Positions 38,797 through 48,010 of a DNA stretch of 64,000 nucleotides are shown piece by piece. The DNA lies in the sequence record PQ657772.1; one strand, written 5' to 3'. Under the pieces are notes generated by a model, which was given only the letters and a program-made list of their open reading frames with translations, was not told the DNA's origin and searched no databases. A program made the position numbers and the translations under genes. How positions within the stretch are numbered: the first letter of the stretch is position 1; each line of letters opens with the position of its first letter.

Positions 38797-39141
38797 TTAC
38801 ATATTTGTACCGAACAAAACGGAACTTTGAATGCCATTAATCGACACTTCATGTACATATATATTTTGTCTGAATACCTGAAGCAATTGAACTAAACTCT
38901 GTTGCATAATAATATGCATCGCTAAATTATCAAAGGCCGTTTCGTATTGGAATCGTGCAGCTTCATCTTCTATGAAATTCGGAACTTGGACTGGATTCTC
39001 AAAATTTGTCCTTGTACTGAACTGTACATCATTGTCCTGTACCTTAATACCATATGAATTATCATTGTTATCAACTACATCAAATTCAATTAAACTACCA
39101 TCTTTACTGACGTTTACTATATAAACTGAAAATCTACTCAT
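38797..39141 (-). CDS. FQxS-motif family protein
   Basis: DEAARFQYETAFD. Confidence 0.72.
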   Translation of the reverse strand: MSRFSVYIVNVSKDGSLIEFDVVDNNDNSYGIKVQDNDVQFSTRTNFENPVQVPNFIEDEAARFQYETAFDNLAMHIIMQQSLVQLLQVFRQNIYVHEVSINGIQSSVLFGTNM

Positions 39142-39656
39142 AATCCTATTTCCTTTAAATCTTCCAAAAATGTTTCATAATCACTTAAGGAAAAAAAGAT
39201 ATCCGTATCGATGTTCGCATCTAATACATTATACAAATTCTGCATCTGTAACACATCAGGAGCATCAATCAATGATTGCTGAAAATAGGCAGCTTCATCT
39301 TCTAAAATATCCCTGAATGATCTCTCTCGTACTCTGTGGTGTACTGAATTGAATATTGTTTTCTCATCCTTAAGCATTGGTAGGTATCGAATGTACATGT
39401 GTTCTCTTAGCTCAGGACTGATGGAACCCCTGAACTGTAACACGTATTCGAAGCACATAGCAACATCCTGAAGGTAATTGGCACTGTAATTATTGCTGTA
39501 AACAATCTTATGACTTCTGAACTCATCATCATTTCTGAACCAATTGTCACCTACTCTGGTGTACTTATGACTAAGCAATCCACCCTCTAACGCTTTGATG
39601 ATCTTCAAAATGTTGTGTGCAAATGCATATGATGTATTGTACTTGGCCTGATACAT
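39138..39656 (-). CDS. FQxS-motif family protein
   Basis: DEAAYFQQSLIDA; start moved to MYQAKYN. Confidence 0.75.
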   Translation of the reverse strand: MYQAKYNTSYAFAHNILKIIKALEGGLLSHKYTRVGDNWFRNDDEFRSHKIVYSNNYSANYLQDVAMCFEYVLQFRGSISPELREHMYIRYLPMLKDEKTIFNSVHHRVRERSFRDILEDEAAYFQQSLIDAPDVLQMQNLYNVLDANIDTDIFFSLSDYETFLEDLKEIGL

Positions 39657-39865
39657 GTGTGCCTCAACCTTATCTTGTGTTAAAATATTCACTGAAATGA
39701 TTATAACACAAAAGCACCACGATGTTAAGCACTCTGTTGTCAAAATCATCTTGTGATGTAGGATGCAAGGACGCATTGATGTTAAAATTCACTATATCAT
39801 TGTGGAATTGGTATGTGAACAAATCAAACTTCGTATGCCTTTGTTTGATATCATAGGCGGTCATA

Positions 39866-40474
39866 TTATATATTCAACCCTTTAACAATGGAAATAAATT
39901 CTTTGTAAACATTTTCAGGTAAAGCTCTACTACCATAAAGAACACTAAATTCAGGTAACATATCCGAAATCTCTTTCGCTAAATTTATTTCATCCCTGAA
40001 CATTTGCACAGGCATGATATCCTGTACCAATGATAACTGAAAGAAAAATGATTCAATATCTTCATGCACCTCTGAATTTAAATAAATCTCTTCTGGAAAC
40101 TGGGCTGTACTGTAATAATAAAATACATCAATTCTTTTTTCATTATTTTGTACAAGAGGTAAATTTCTTTCGTCTCTCTTATTAATATTTGTTTTCCATG
40201 ACTCAATGTTATTCGGAACCCAAAACTCATAAGGTGTCTTCTCTCCTGAAATATTATCCAGCTTCAATCCATAATATTCACTTTCGCCGTACTTTTGCTT
40301 CAAAACAATACCTGTACTACTAATGTTTACAATGTACGTATCAACAATCCCTTCTGTGGTAAAAGGAATATTCAACTCTGAACCTTCAGGGTACTTAGCA
40401 TTGAATGAATCTAATGCTTTACTTAGCACTGGGATTGCACTTGTACTGTACTTCATTAATTGGTCTATGTTCAT
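39866..40474 (-). CDS. FQxS-motif family protein
   Basis: IESFFFQLSLVQD. Confidence 0.75.
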   Translation of the reverse strand: MNIDQLMKYSTSAIPVLSKALDSFNAKYPEGSELNIPFTTEGIVDTYIVNISSTGIVLKQKYGESEYYGLKLDNISGEKTPYEFWVPNNIESWKTNINKRDERNLPLVQNNEKRIDVFYYYSTAQFPEEIYLNSEVHEDIESFFFQLSLVQDIMPVQMFRDEINLAKEISDMLPEFSVLYGSRALPENVYKEFISIVKGLNI

Positions 40475-41046
40475 TTTAATTCCCCTGTAATCACTGCATT
40501 TACTGCACTTGATGCAAATAAACTGATATTTGAACGATACATATCGTACACTGTACTTTCTTTCTTGTGCACAATGAAATCATAAAGATCGACGAATGCA
40601 GGAATAATAATCTTGAATGATTTATTTGGGTACGTCCCAAAATCAACTGTACTCAATTTTGCAACGAGCATAACAACAAAGATTTCTTCTGGACTATGCA
40701 ATGTACTGTACTGAAAATATTCCTCAGCACTCATGGCACTTATTGCATTTATATCTTGTGTTTGTAATGTAATATTAAGATATTCAAAAATAGAATAAAA
40801 CTCTGATTTTGTTTGTATTTTGTATTTGTCAATTGGGGTATCTCTCATGAACCATAAACGATCTTGTCCATAAAAAGGAATGATTGAATTTGGGGAAGCC
40901 AGAAATACTTCTTCTCTATCAATATCCTTTAACTCAATTTGCATACCGGATGAATTGGCAATAATTAATTCATTAAAAATATAATGAACCTTGTGTACAA
41001 TCTCTTGTACTGAATTGAAATCATCTGGTATTTTAAAATTTTCCAT
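40471..41046 (-). CDS. FQxS-motif family protein
   Basis: SAEEYFQYSTLHS; AAGGAG RBS. Confidence 0.78.
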   Translation of the reverse strand: MENFKIPDDFNSVQEIVHKVHYIFNELIIANSSGMQIELKDIDREEVFLASPNSIIPFYGQDRLWFMRDTPIDKYKIQTKSEFYSIFEYLNITLQTQDINAISAMSAEEYFQYSTLHSPEEIFVVMLVAKLSTVDFGTYPNKSFKIIIPAFVDLYDFIVHKKESTVYDMYRSNISLFASSAVNAVITGELK

Positions 41047-41073
41047 AGGTATCTCCTTAAAAAATGATTACAC

Positions 41074-41102
41074 ATTGTACCATGCATTTGTACTCGTGTC
41101 AA
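41074..41102 (-). promoter_or_regulatory. Sigma70-type promoter
   Basis: TTGACA-17 nt-TACAAT with TG extension. Confidence 0.75.
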
Positions 41103-41104
41103 AC

Positions 41105-41133
41105 AAAAAAAGCCCATATCTTACGATACAGGC
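41105..41133 (-). terminator. Intrinsic terminator abutting the promoter
   Basis: GCCTGTATC-GTAA-GATATGGGC then TTTTTTT. Confidence 0.8.
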
Positions 41134-41618
41134 ATGTTTATTTGAATTTCATTGTACAAATCATCAATATATAGACATGAAAACGATAAACTTTCTTTAA
41201 CTATATTGTTGTGATAAAGCATTTTAAATGCAATATAGAAAAATAAATCAATATCATCATGTACTAAATTCTGCTGGAACCACCACTCTTCTGTTAAATC
41301 TTGTGCATTAAAATCATCAGGAACTACAATTGACGACATATCAGCATCTTCTTTGTACTCAAACCACATGTCGTCATTTGGATAACGTTCATGCTTCTCT
41401 GGGTAACAATTGCTGGGATTAAATGCTAAAATATAAAATGCCGTCGCAGAATGTTCTTTATTATAAAATGAATTATTCCACACCTGATACCTTTCACCAA
41501 CATCAAACTCTTTTGATACTGATGTTATTGCACATAATGTACGATATATTGTTTCTATTTTGTGAACAAATTTAAAGGCTGCATCTAAACTGAACTCTAA
41601 ATCAGACATGCGGTGCAT
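41121..41618 (-). CDS. FQxS-motif family protein
   Basis: TEEWWFQQNLVHD. Confidence 0.75.
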   Translation of the reverse strand: MHRMSDLEFSLDAAFKFVHKIETIYRTLCAITSVSKEFDVGERYQVWNNSFYNKEHSATAFYILAFNPSNCYPEKHERYPNDDMWFEYKEDADMSSIVVPDDFNAQDLTEEWWFQQNLVHDDIDLFFYIAFKMLYHNNIVKESLSFSCLYIDDLYNEIQINMPVS

Positions 41619-41938
41619 AAAATTACCTCAACTAAAATAAGAACGGTATTGAATTCGATGCAACCTTTGATACCTTGATTGTACATGTACTTTGCTACTA
41701 CATATTTCTGTACTAAATTATAATTATTAAATTCCTCAAAATTGTAATTTAGAATGAAATTTGTACTCAAAAATAACTTATGCATCTCTAATGCACTCTG
41801 ATAATATTTGTACAACTCTCTGATATCAATACTTTGTAAATCACTTTGTTCATATCTATGATAAGGAATGGCTTCAATTTCAATACTATAAAACCATTCT
41901 CTTAACTTCTTAATATCAAATGTATTATTCAGCTTCAT
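41597..41938 (-). CDS. FQxS-motif family protein (degenerate)
   Basis: NFEEFNNYNLVQK. Confidence 0.62.
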   Translation of the reverse strand: MKLNNTFDIKKLREWFYSIEIEAIPYHRYEQSDLQSIDIRELYKYYQSALEMHKLFLSTNFILNYNFEEFNNYNLVQKYVVAKYMYNQGIKGCIEFNTVLILVEVILCTACLI

Positions 41939-42494
41939 AACTCAATACCTCCATTAAGCACTCATAAACACCATCAATCGCATAAGCACAAAAACTGAAA
42001 TTAATTTTGTTATTCTTGTGTAATGGACTATTGTATACTGTACTCAACATAACACTATAAAACAAAGAACGTTCATGTGTAAATAATGATTCCTGAAAAA
42101 ATGCTTCCTCTGATTTAATTTTATTATATTCAATCGATTGATCATTAGAATAAAATGAATCTTGATTTGAATTGTACCATGTGTAATCCAAATCATTCTT
42201 TGATATAACTGGTGTTGGATTAAACTGTAAAAGACTAATAACACTACGGGCATTTGGGGTATCAGGTGTATTGAATCGTTTGTCAAAATAACTTGTGCAC
42301 GCAATATGTGAATCAAAATCAGATGGTTTAAACCCCATGAATGCGTTAATGATTCTTGTATATGGTTTTTTATTATGTGCTGCTTTTTGTACATTATATA
42401 AGGCTGCAACAATACAAGCTAACTTTTGTCCCATTAGGATTGCATTAGCGTAGGTGTACTGAATTTCATTGCTGGTACTGTACTTCGAGATCAT
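41925..42494 (-). CDS. FQxS-motif family protein
   Basis: SEEAFFQESLFTH. Confidence 0.75.
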   Translation of the reverse strand: MISKYSTSNEIQYTYANAILMGQKLACIVAALYNVQKAAHNKKPYTRIINAFMGFKPSDFDSHIACTSYFDKRFNTPDTPNARSVISLLQFNPTPVISKNDLDYTWYNSNQDSFYSNDQSIEYNKIKSEEAFFQESLFTHERSLFYSVMLSTVYNSPLHKNNKINFSFCAYAIDGVYECLMEVLSYEAE

Positions 42495-42792
42495 GGAACA
42501 GCCTCACTTTGCCTAACTCGTCATTGGATATTAATTCGTTAACAGCTTTCTGTATATTCTTTAATAATAGCACATCAAATCCTTTTGTGTCAAGCACACA
42601 TTGCATTTGGAAGAATTCTTCTTCTGATAATGTATTAAAATCCACAAAATTGTCTAATATTACGTCATTATCCAAATGTGCCATGTGCCATGTATTTCTT
42701 TCGGAGCGTTTAATAAAATTCCATCCATCTGGATAATCGGGTTCTAATTCTACATATATCCCTGATAATGTATAAAGCATTTTATACTTCAT
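42466..42792 (-). CDS. FQxS-motif family protein, MKYKMLY subfamily
   Basis: FNTLSEEEFFQMQCVLD. Confidence 0.78.
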   Translation of the reverse strand: MKYKMLYTLSGIYVELEPDYPDGWNFIKRSERNTWHMAHLDNDVILDNFVDFNTLSEEEFFQMQCVLDTKGFDVLLLKNIQKAVNELISNDELGKVRLFHDLEVQYQQ

Positions 42793-42812
42793 AACTATTG
42801 TACTCATTGCTT

Positions 42813-43124
42813 TCACTGTACGTCGATGTCATAATACGCTCCTACTTCATAATCTTTCTTGCTTTGGAATTCATTAACGACTTTCTGTATATTTCTTAAT
42901 GTTACCATGTCATGTCCGTACATGTCAACCACCAATTGCATTTGGAAAAATTCTTCTTCAGATAATGTATTAAAATCTATAAAATAATCCGTAACAACAT
43001 GTGCGTCTAAATTTGCCATGTACCATTGATTGGTATCGACCTCTTTAACCAAATTCCATGCATCTGAATCGGATTCTAATTCTACATATATTAATGTTAA
43101 TGTATACAGCATTTTATACTTCAT
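42813..43124 (-). CDS. FQxS-motif family protein, MKYKMLY subfamily
   Basis: FNTLSEEEFFQMQLVVD. Confidence 0.78.
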   Translation of the reverse strand: MKYKMLYTLTLIYVELESDSDAWNLVKEVDTNQWYMANLDAHVVTDYFIDFNTLSEEEFFQMQLVVDMYGHDMVTLRNIQKVVNEFQSKKDYEVGAYYDIDVQ

Positions 43125-43620
43125 AACTATATCCTTGCATTAATAAATCATAAACGTTTGAAAGGTGCGGAATTTTGATATAAAATTTAAAACCCTTAAT
43201 TAAAGGATTCGCGTACAATGAACTGAATAACTTTAGATAATGTATTTGACGAGGACTGTATAATAACGATTTCTGAAATAATTCAGCACTACAATCTGTA
43301 CTAATATCAATTAAATCAATTCGTGCTTCTACTTCATCATCTTGTTTCAAAACATAAAAGAAATAATCGTTTGTGTTGACCCACAAATACCCTTCACTAT
43401 TTTCGTATATAACAGGAGATGCTTGTTCTGGATTGCCTTGGGCAAATGCTGCAAAACAAACTTTTGCATTACTTTCATCTTTAAACATAAACGATAATTT
43501 ATCATATCTATCTTCTATGCGTAAATCACCTATAAAAATGTACTTATGCATAGAATGATTATTCTTGAGCATAAGCATTACTGTACTAATCTTGTGTGCT
43601 AACAATTCTATCTCATTCAT
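43114..43620 (-). CDS. FQxS-motif family protein, MNEIELL subfamily
   Basis: SAELFQKSLLYS; ends LLMQGYSYEV. Confidence 0.78.
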   Translation of the reverse strand: MNEIELLAHKISTVMLMLKNNHSMHKYIFIGDLRIEDRYDKLSFMFKDESNAKVCFAAFAQGNPEQASPVIYENSEGYLWVNTNDYFFYVLKQDDEVEARIDLIDISTDCSAELFQKSLLYSPRQIHYLKLFSSLYANPLIKGFKFYIKIPHLSNVYDLLMQGYSYEV

Positions 43621-43626
43621 ATATTA

Positions 43627-43707
43627 TTACCTATTGATAGATACATCGTCATTGACTTCTAATTCAACATAAATCATATCTTTTGTATAAAGCATTTTAT
43701 ACTTCAT
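43627..43707 (-). pseudogene. Truncated remnant of an MKYKMLY-subfamily gene (26 aa)
   Basis: MKYKMLYTKDMIYVELEVNDDVSINR-stop; same overlap junction as 42813..43124. Confidence 0.7.
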
Positions 43708-44257
43708 AACTATATCCTTGCATTAAAAGATCATAAGCAATATCAACTAATTCTAAACGAATGAAAAATTTTAAATTATCTTTCAATGGATTCAAATGCA
43801 TTGTACTAAACAACATAAGATACTTCATTTGATTTGTATTGTATATTAGGGATGTCTGAAATACTTCTGCTTCATTGTAAGGATCAATGAATTTTATACC
43901 TTCTTCACTATAATCCGTTTTGGAATTTTGATATATAAAATAATCATCACCATAATTGTACCACAAATAACCTTCAAAACTGGAATCAAATTCTGAATTT
44001 TCATTTCGCATTAAAGGTGATACTGAAATTGGATTTGAACCAACTGTTGCACAAACCTCAATGAAAGCATCTTCATTTCCCTTAACTTCTTCTTTGATTT
44101 TATCATTGTACTGTCCTGCAAAACCAGCTTTTACTTCCAAATATAAACTACTCCCAACTTTATTAATTCTTAAAAGGGAACTCTGTACTGTATTCGCATT
44201 GTTCAGCACTAACGATATTGTGCAAATCTTATGTACCAATAACTCAATATCATTCAT
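43697..44257 (-). CDS. FQxS-motif family protein, MNEIELL subfamily
   Basis: NEAEVFQTSLIYN; ends LLMQGYSYEV. Confidence 0.78.
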   Translation of the reverse strand: MNDIELLVHKICTISLVLNNANTVQSSLLRINKVGSSLYLEVKAGFAGQYNDKIKEEVKGNEDAFIEVCATVGSNPISVSPLMRNENSEFDSSFEGYLWYNYGDDYFIYQNSKTDYSEEGIKFIDPYNEAEVFQTSLIYNTNQMKYLMLFSTMHLNPLKDNLKFFIRLELVDIAYDLLMQGYSYEV

Positions 44258-44268
44258 ATTGGTATTCC

Positions 44269-44451
44269 TTAATTTGGTGGATTTGGATGTAATAACTGAT
44301 CTATATAATTTAAATGTTCTATTGTAACTAATGAAAGATAATAATTGTAATTATCTATACCACCCTTTAAATGTATATTGTAATACATCTTGATACTTAC
44401 TAATAAAGAATCATTTAAATCATTTATTGCTTTTGTATTAACGGTTTTCAT
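44269..44451 (-). CDS. Hypothetical protein
   Basis: Tiling ORF. Confidence 0.6.
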   Translation of the reverse strand: MKTVNTKAINDLNDSLLVSIKMYYNIHLKGGIDNYNYYLSLVTIEHLNYIDQLLHPNPPN

Positions 44452-44573
44452 TAATGTTCTTCTCTTAAAAAACGCTTAATGGCACAATCTAAATAAAAAT
44501 CATAATACATCATATCTCTATTCTTAACCCATACACAATAATCTGCATTAATATTTCTTAATAATATATTCAT
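44451..44573 (-). CDS. 40-aa hypothetical protein (not in ORF track)
   Basis: MNILLRNINADYCVWVKNRDMMYYDFYLDCAIKRFLREEH; TAATG coupling. Confidence 0.5.
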   Translation of the reverse strand: MNILLRNINADYCVWVKNRDMMYYDFYLDCAIKRFLREEH

Positions 44574-44590
44574 ATTATAATCTTCACACC

Positions 44591-45001
44591 CTAATCGTGC
44601 CATTTAATAGGATACTCCGTCCCATTTATTGTATAAGATATAATCCATCCGTAATGAATAGGATGATTTTTGTCTGAAACAGGAATAAAATATAAAGATG
44701 TACTGGGGTTATAACTGAATAAATCGTTGTTACCAATTGTAAAATGTGATAACTCAATCTTCCTTGTACCTGTACTTGGACGAAGAACATTCTTAACACC
44801 GAAGACTGTACCTTGATATTTCTCGGAAAATTCAAACAATGCATCTGCAATTAAATCACGAAACTCCGCATGTATGGTTTCAAAAAAATCTATATTACAC
44901 GATGTTTTAATATCCTTGAACTCCTTATATAAAGAGCTTCTTGTATTCAAAAGAAATATTACTTTTTTAAGATCCTGAACTATTTCTGGATTCATATTCA
45001 T
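44591..45001 (-). CDS. Hypothetical protein
   Basis: Tiling ORF. Confidence 0.7.
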   Translation of the reverse strand: MNMNPEIVQDLKKVIFLLNTRSSLYKEFKDIKTSCNIDFFETIHAEFRDLIADALFEFSEKYQGTVFGVKNVLRPSTGTRKIELSHFTIGNNDLFSYNPSTSLYFIPVSDKNHPIHYGWIISYTINGTEYPIKWHD

Positions 45002-45218
45002 TTATCTCATTCTGTAACTTAAGCATCAAAATTTGCATATTAATTTTTTGTACAAGATGATTGAGAAATTTCTGTACTGTATCTTCTTGTTCTTTTGTAC
45101 CAAGATAAAATAACATATTAAATTCAGATAATCTCAGAGCGAAATCTTCCTCTCCACCTTGTAAACAAAAATCCCTGTACTTTGATGCATACAAATAACG
45201 GTTTATTTTTTTGTACAT
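44967..45218 (-). CDS. LGTNYQ-family small protein (dispersed copy)
   Basis: LFYLGTKEQEDTVQKFL. Confidence 0.75.
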   Translation of the reverse strand: MYKKINRYLYASKYRDFCLQGGEEDFALRLSEFNMLFYLGTKEQEDTVQKFLNHLVQKINMQILMLKLQNEINEYESRNSSGS

Positions 45219-45246
45219 TTATATTGCATCTCCTTTAGGTATATTC

Positions 45247-45558
45247 TTATATGTCAATTTCAATGATCCTCCCTGACATACCTTGTATTAGCTTATCATA
45301 CATATCTAGCATCACTTTTTGAATACTAATTAATACTGGCATCGTGCAAATATCAATGTCGTATATTAAGCTGTACTGGAATAATTCCTCTTCCTGCATG
45401 TGTACTAAATTAGGTAAAAGATAATTGTCTGCCTCTTCATCCTGGTACTTGAAATGCATAACACCATCCTTTTTGTACAAAAGAATGTCAATATCACCTA
45501 ACTCTTCTGCATAACCAAAAATACATATACTCGATGTTTTTGCTATATTAAATTTCAT
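45247..45558 (-). CDS. FQxS-motif family protein
   Basis: QEEELFQYSLIYD. Confidence 0.78.
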   Translation of the reverse strand: MKFNIAKTSSICIFGYAEELGDIDILLYKKDGVMHFKYQDEEADNYLLPNLVHMQEEELFQYSLIYDIDICTMPVLISIQKVMLDMYDKLIQGMSGRIIEIDI

Positions 45559-46364
45559 GATTTATATTGTTCCTTAAAAACACCACAATGATAATTTTTA
45601 TTGTATTGTGTAATACTATAATCACACGGCATTGTCCCGCACGAAGCTCTGTGTTTTAAACGTTCCAATACCTTATCGTAATCTTTACTGAAAATTCCAT
45701 TTTCATTGGGCGTAGCAATCATTAATGCTTGCTCATATAAATCTTTTGTTCTTGTTGAACCATGCGAATGTTTGTTAAAATAAAATACATATTCAACTTC
45801 CCAATTACTTCTTAAATAGGATATTCCGTAATTGGTAATCATATAATAATGTAAATCCTTGTAATAATTGAATGTCTTATCTGTATTAATCAAAATATAT
45901 GAAGAACTATCATTGTCCTTAATAACAAATAAACGACCAATCTTATTTTCTTTATCTTTAACTAATTGTCTAATTTCATCACCTTCTTCAAATTTACGAT
46001 GCACTTCAATTACAGATTTAGCAATCCCAGTCTGTACTAAAGATTCATATGCTGCGTACATAAAATCACTTACATGACCTAAACCAACATCTTCTTTTCT
46101 TGGTGTCTCTGTTGTATTGACAAACATATTCAATAACTTTTCAATTGAAAAATCAGTACTGCAATCTTTATTAATTTTAATTTTTTCTCGAATCTCTTCC
46201 TTTAATGCATTAATATATTGCTCTTGTGCTGCTTCCTGATAATTTGTACCAAGATATAAACTCAAGGCAACTGAACCTTTGTAAGATGCTGATTTCTTTA
46301 AATCACCAGAACTAAATTTTTTCATAATCAAATTGGTTGCTTCAGATTCTGTTAAAAATTTCAT
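45555..46364 (-). CDS. Fusion of an N-terminal LGTNYQ domain to a 200-aa unknown domain
   Basis: MKFLTESE...LYLGTNYQEAAQEQYINALKEEI then unrelated sequence. Confidence 0.75.
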   Translation of the reverse strand: MKFLTESEATNLIMKKFSSGDLKKSASYKGSVALSLYLGTNYQEAAQEQYINALKEEIREKIKINKDCSTDFSIEKLLNMFVNTTETPRKEDVGLGHVSDFMYAAYESLVQTGIAKSVIEVHRKFEEGDEIRQLVKDKENKIGRLFVIKDNDSSSYILINTDKTFNYYKDLHYYMITNYGISYLRSNWEVEYVFYFNKHSHGSTRTKDLYEQALMIATPNENGIFSKDYDKVLERLKHRASCGTMPCDYSITQYNKNYHCGVFKEQYKS

Positions 46365-46472
46365 ATCATTGTACCTTATCTTAAAATTGAATAGGTAAAC
46401 ATGTTAACACTATTCAAATGGTGTGTCAACATTGATCTTCATTCTGTGAATATTAAATTTCATATTCTTCTC

Positions 46473-46796
46473 TTATATGTGGAATTCACATACGTGTTGA
46501 ACAAAATTCGGTGGAAGATGACAATGTGCAATCATCTGCTTTTGTACTTCCTTCATATCTTCGAATGTAAATCCTAAAGAATCATCATGTACTAACAAGT
46601 ACTGAAACTCTTCTTCTTCAGAGATAGAACATAAATTCGGTACTGAAATTGTTTTTGCTTTTCTTGCACCCAATTTCCAATGAAAAGAATTATTGCATTT
46701 TCTGTACTCAAATATCTTCAACCCAGAACCTGTATTAAAATCAGCTACTACAATGTAACATGAATTCTTACGTACAATACAATTGAACTTACGCAT
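46473..46796 (-). CDS. FQxS-motif family protein
   Basis: SEEEEFQYLLVHD; start moved to MRKFNCI. Confidence 0.75.
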   Translation of the reverse strand: MRKFNCIVRKNSCYIVVADFNTGSGLKIFEYRKCNNSFHWKLGARKAKTISVPNLCSISEEEEFQYLLVHDDSLGFTFEDMKEVQKQMIAHCHLPPNFVQHVCEFHI

Positions 46797-47041
46797 TATC
46801 TCCACCTCTCTCCGTCTGTACAAGAGTACTGGTACGTTGTCGTTAGGGTAGGGACCATGTTGGTAATGGGCATGTTGTTAACAATAACCGTAACAGGCAT
46901 AAGAATCGTCTCTACTCTACTCTGTCCTGTCCTTGTACAATTCATCTTCTGCATTTCATCTGAATCCATGAAATACAATACAAATGGTGCAATCCCAAGA
47001 ACAATACACAAGACGATAAGGAAATTTAAAAAATTTAACAT
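46796..47041 (-). CDS. Single-pass membrane protein
   Basis: N-terminal hydrophobic helix FLIVLCIVLGIAPFVLYF; two further Cys. Confidence 0.72.
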   Translation of the reverse strand: MLNFLNFLIVLCIVLGIAPFVLYFMDSDEMQKMNCTRTGQSRVETILMPVTVIVNNMPITNMVPTLTTTYQYSCTDGERWR

Positions 47042-47070
47042 AATTTTTACCCCATGATTAACGTACAGGT

Positions 47071-47099
47071 ACTATATCAGTAATGAAAAGTACTGTCAA
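47071..47099 (-). promoter_or_regulatory. Sigma70-type promoter with AGTACT overlapping -35
   Basis: TTGACA-17 nt-TATAGT with TGA extension. Confidence 0.72.
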
Positions 47100-47100
47100 G

Positions 47101-47475
47101 CTAGTATTGCACTGTTCTAATGAAAGTACCTTTACTCATGGATTTAAGCTTATGAACCTCTTCCTGCATACCCTTAATTAACCCTAAAGGTATAGGTAAA
47201 TCATGTACTAAGCTGTACTGAAAGTATTCTTCTTCAGATAAAGTACTAACATCTGGAATGCCAATTTTAGTTAGATAATCTTGATGTGTTGACCAATAAA
47301 TTATATCTTCAGTACTATTGTACTCCCCATATACTGAACAATATTGATGAATATCTTTCCTGTATCCTTGAGCAATAAAGAACTTATCTACTGCATTACC
47401 AGCATTAATAGAATTCACTTCGATTGTCACAGTACTTGAGCTTGTTTTTCCTTTACTATGCATATTAATCCCCAA
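47101..47475 (-). CDS. FQxS-motif family protein
   Basis: STLSEEEYFQYSLVHD. Confidence 0.78.
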   Translation of the reverse strand: MGINMHSKGKTSSSTVTIEVNSINAGNAVDKFFIAQGYRKDIHQYCSVYGEYNSTEDIIYWSTHQDYLTKIGIPDVSTLSEEEYFQYSLVHDLPIPLGLIKGMQEEVHKLKSMSKGTFIRTVQY

Positions 47476-47651
47476 ATTAGATATCGAACACTATCAGCTT
47501 GATAGTTAGTTCCTACTGTGTGTTTTAATATTAACTCATCTTTCAGTACTGAACATTCTGCATTAGATATAGGAAGAGAATTAATTCTTTGAATTTCTGG
47601 TCGCAAAATACCGCGAAGCTTGCGGTAATCTTTGTATGATAATATTTTCAT
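47427..47651 (-). CDS. LGTNYQ-family small protein
   Basis: HTVGTNYQADSVRY. Confidence 0.72.
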   Translation of the reverse strand: MKILSYKDYRKLRGILRPEIQRINSLPISNAECSVLKDELILKHTVGTNYQADSVRYLIWGLICIVKEKQAQVL

Positions 47652-47654
47652 TGT

Positions 47655-47996
47655 TTAGTACTCAACGATGTGTTCTTCATAACCATTAAACTCCGGTTTA
47701 GTTTCTTTCATTAGGACTACCATTTTATGTACTAATGGCATAGGAAATTCTAAATCCCATACTAATGATTCTTGAAAGTATTCTTCTTCAGATAAAGTAC
47801 TTAAATCTTTAATATCAACGTGCTTGTATATTTTCTTTTCGTAATTAAGAAATGATATATATAAATCATTAACATAAGAATCATAAGTAATTGTGAATGG
47901 CTTACCCTTGTAGTCCATTACATCTTTACATAGACTGCATTTGATATATGTATGTTCTTCTGAACTGTATACATTGAGTTGTATATTAGTTTTCAT
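47655..47996 (-). CDS. FQxS-motif family protein (recent duplicate of 48011..48349)
   Basis: DLSTLSEEEYFQESLVWDLEFPMPLVHK. Confidence 0.8.
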   Translation of the reverse strand: MKTNIQLNVYSSEEHTYIKCSLCKDVMDYKGKPFTITYDSYVNDLYISFLNYEKKIYKHVDIKDLSTLSEEEYFQESLVWDLEFPMPLVHKMVVLMKETKPEFNGYEEHIVEY

Positions 47997-48010
47997 AGTT
48001 ACCTTATATA

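Noticed and set aside
39670-39864. 64-aa ORF
   Set aside because: No RBS and it overlaps two promoter consensus matches
46413-46462. 17-codon ORF MKFNIHRMKINVDTPFE as a pseudogene of 45247..45558
   Set aside because: Only five residues shared, and it overlaps a possible TTGACA-17-TAACAT promoter; insufficient evidence
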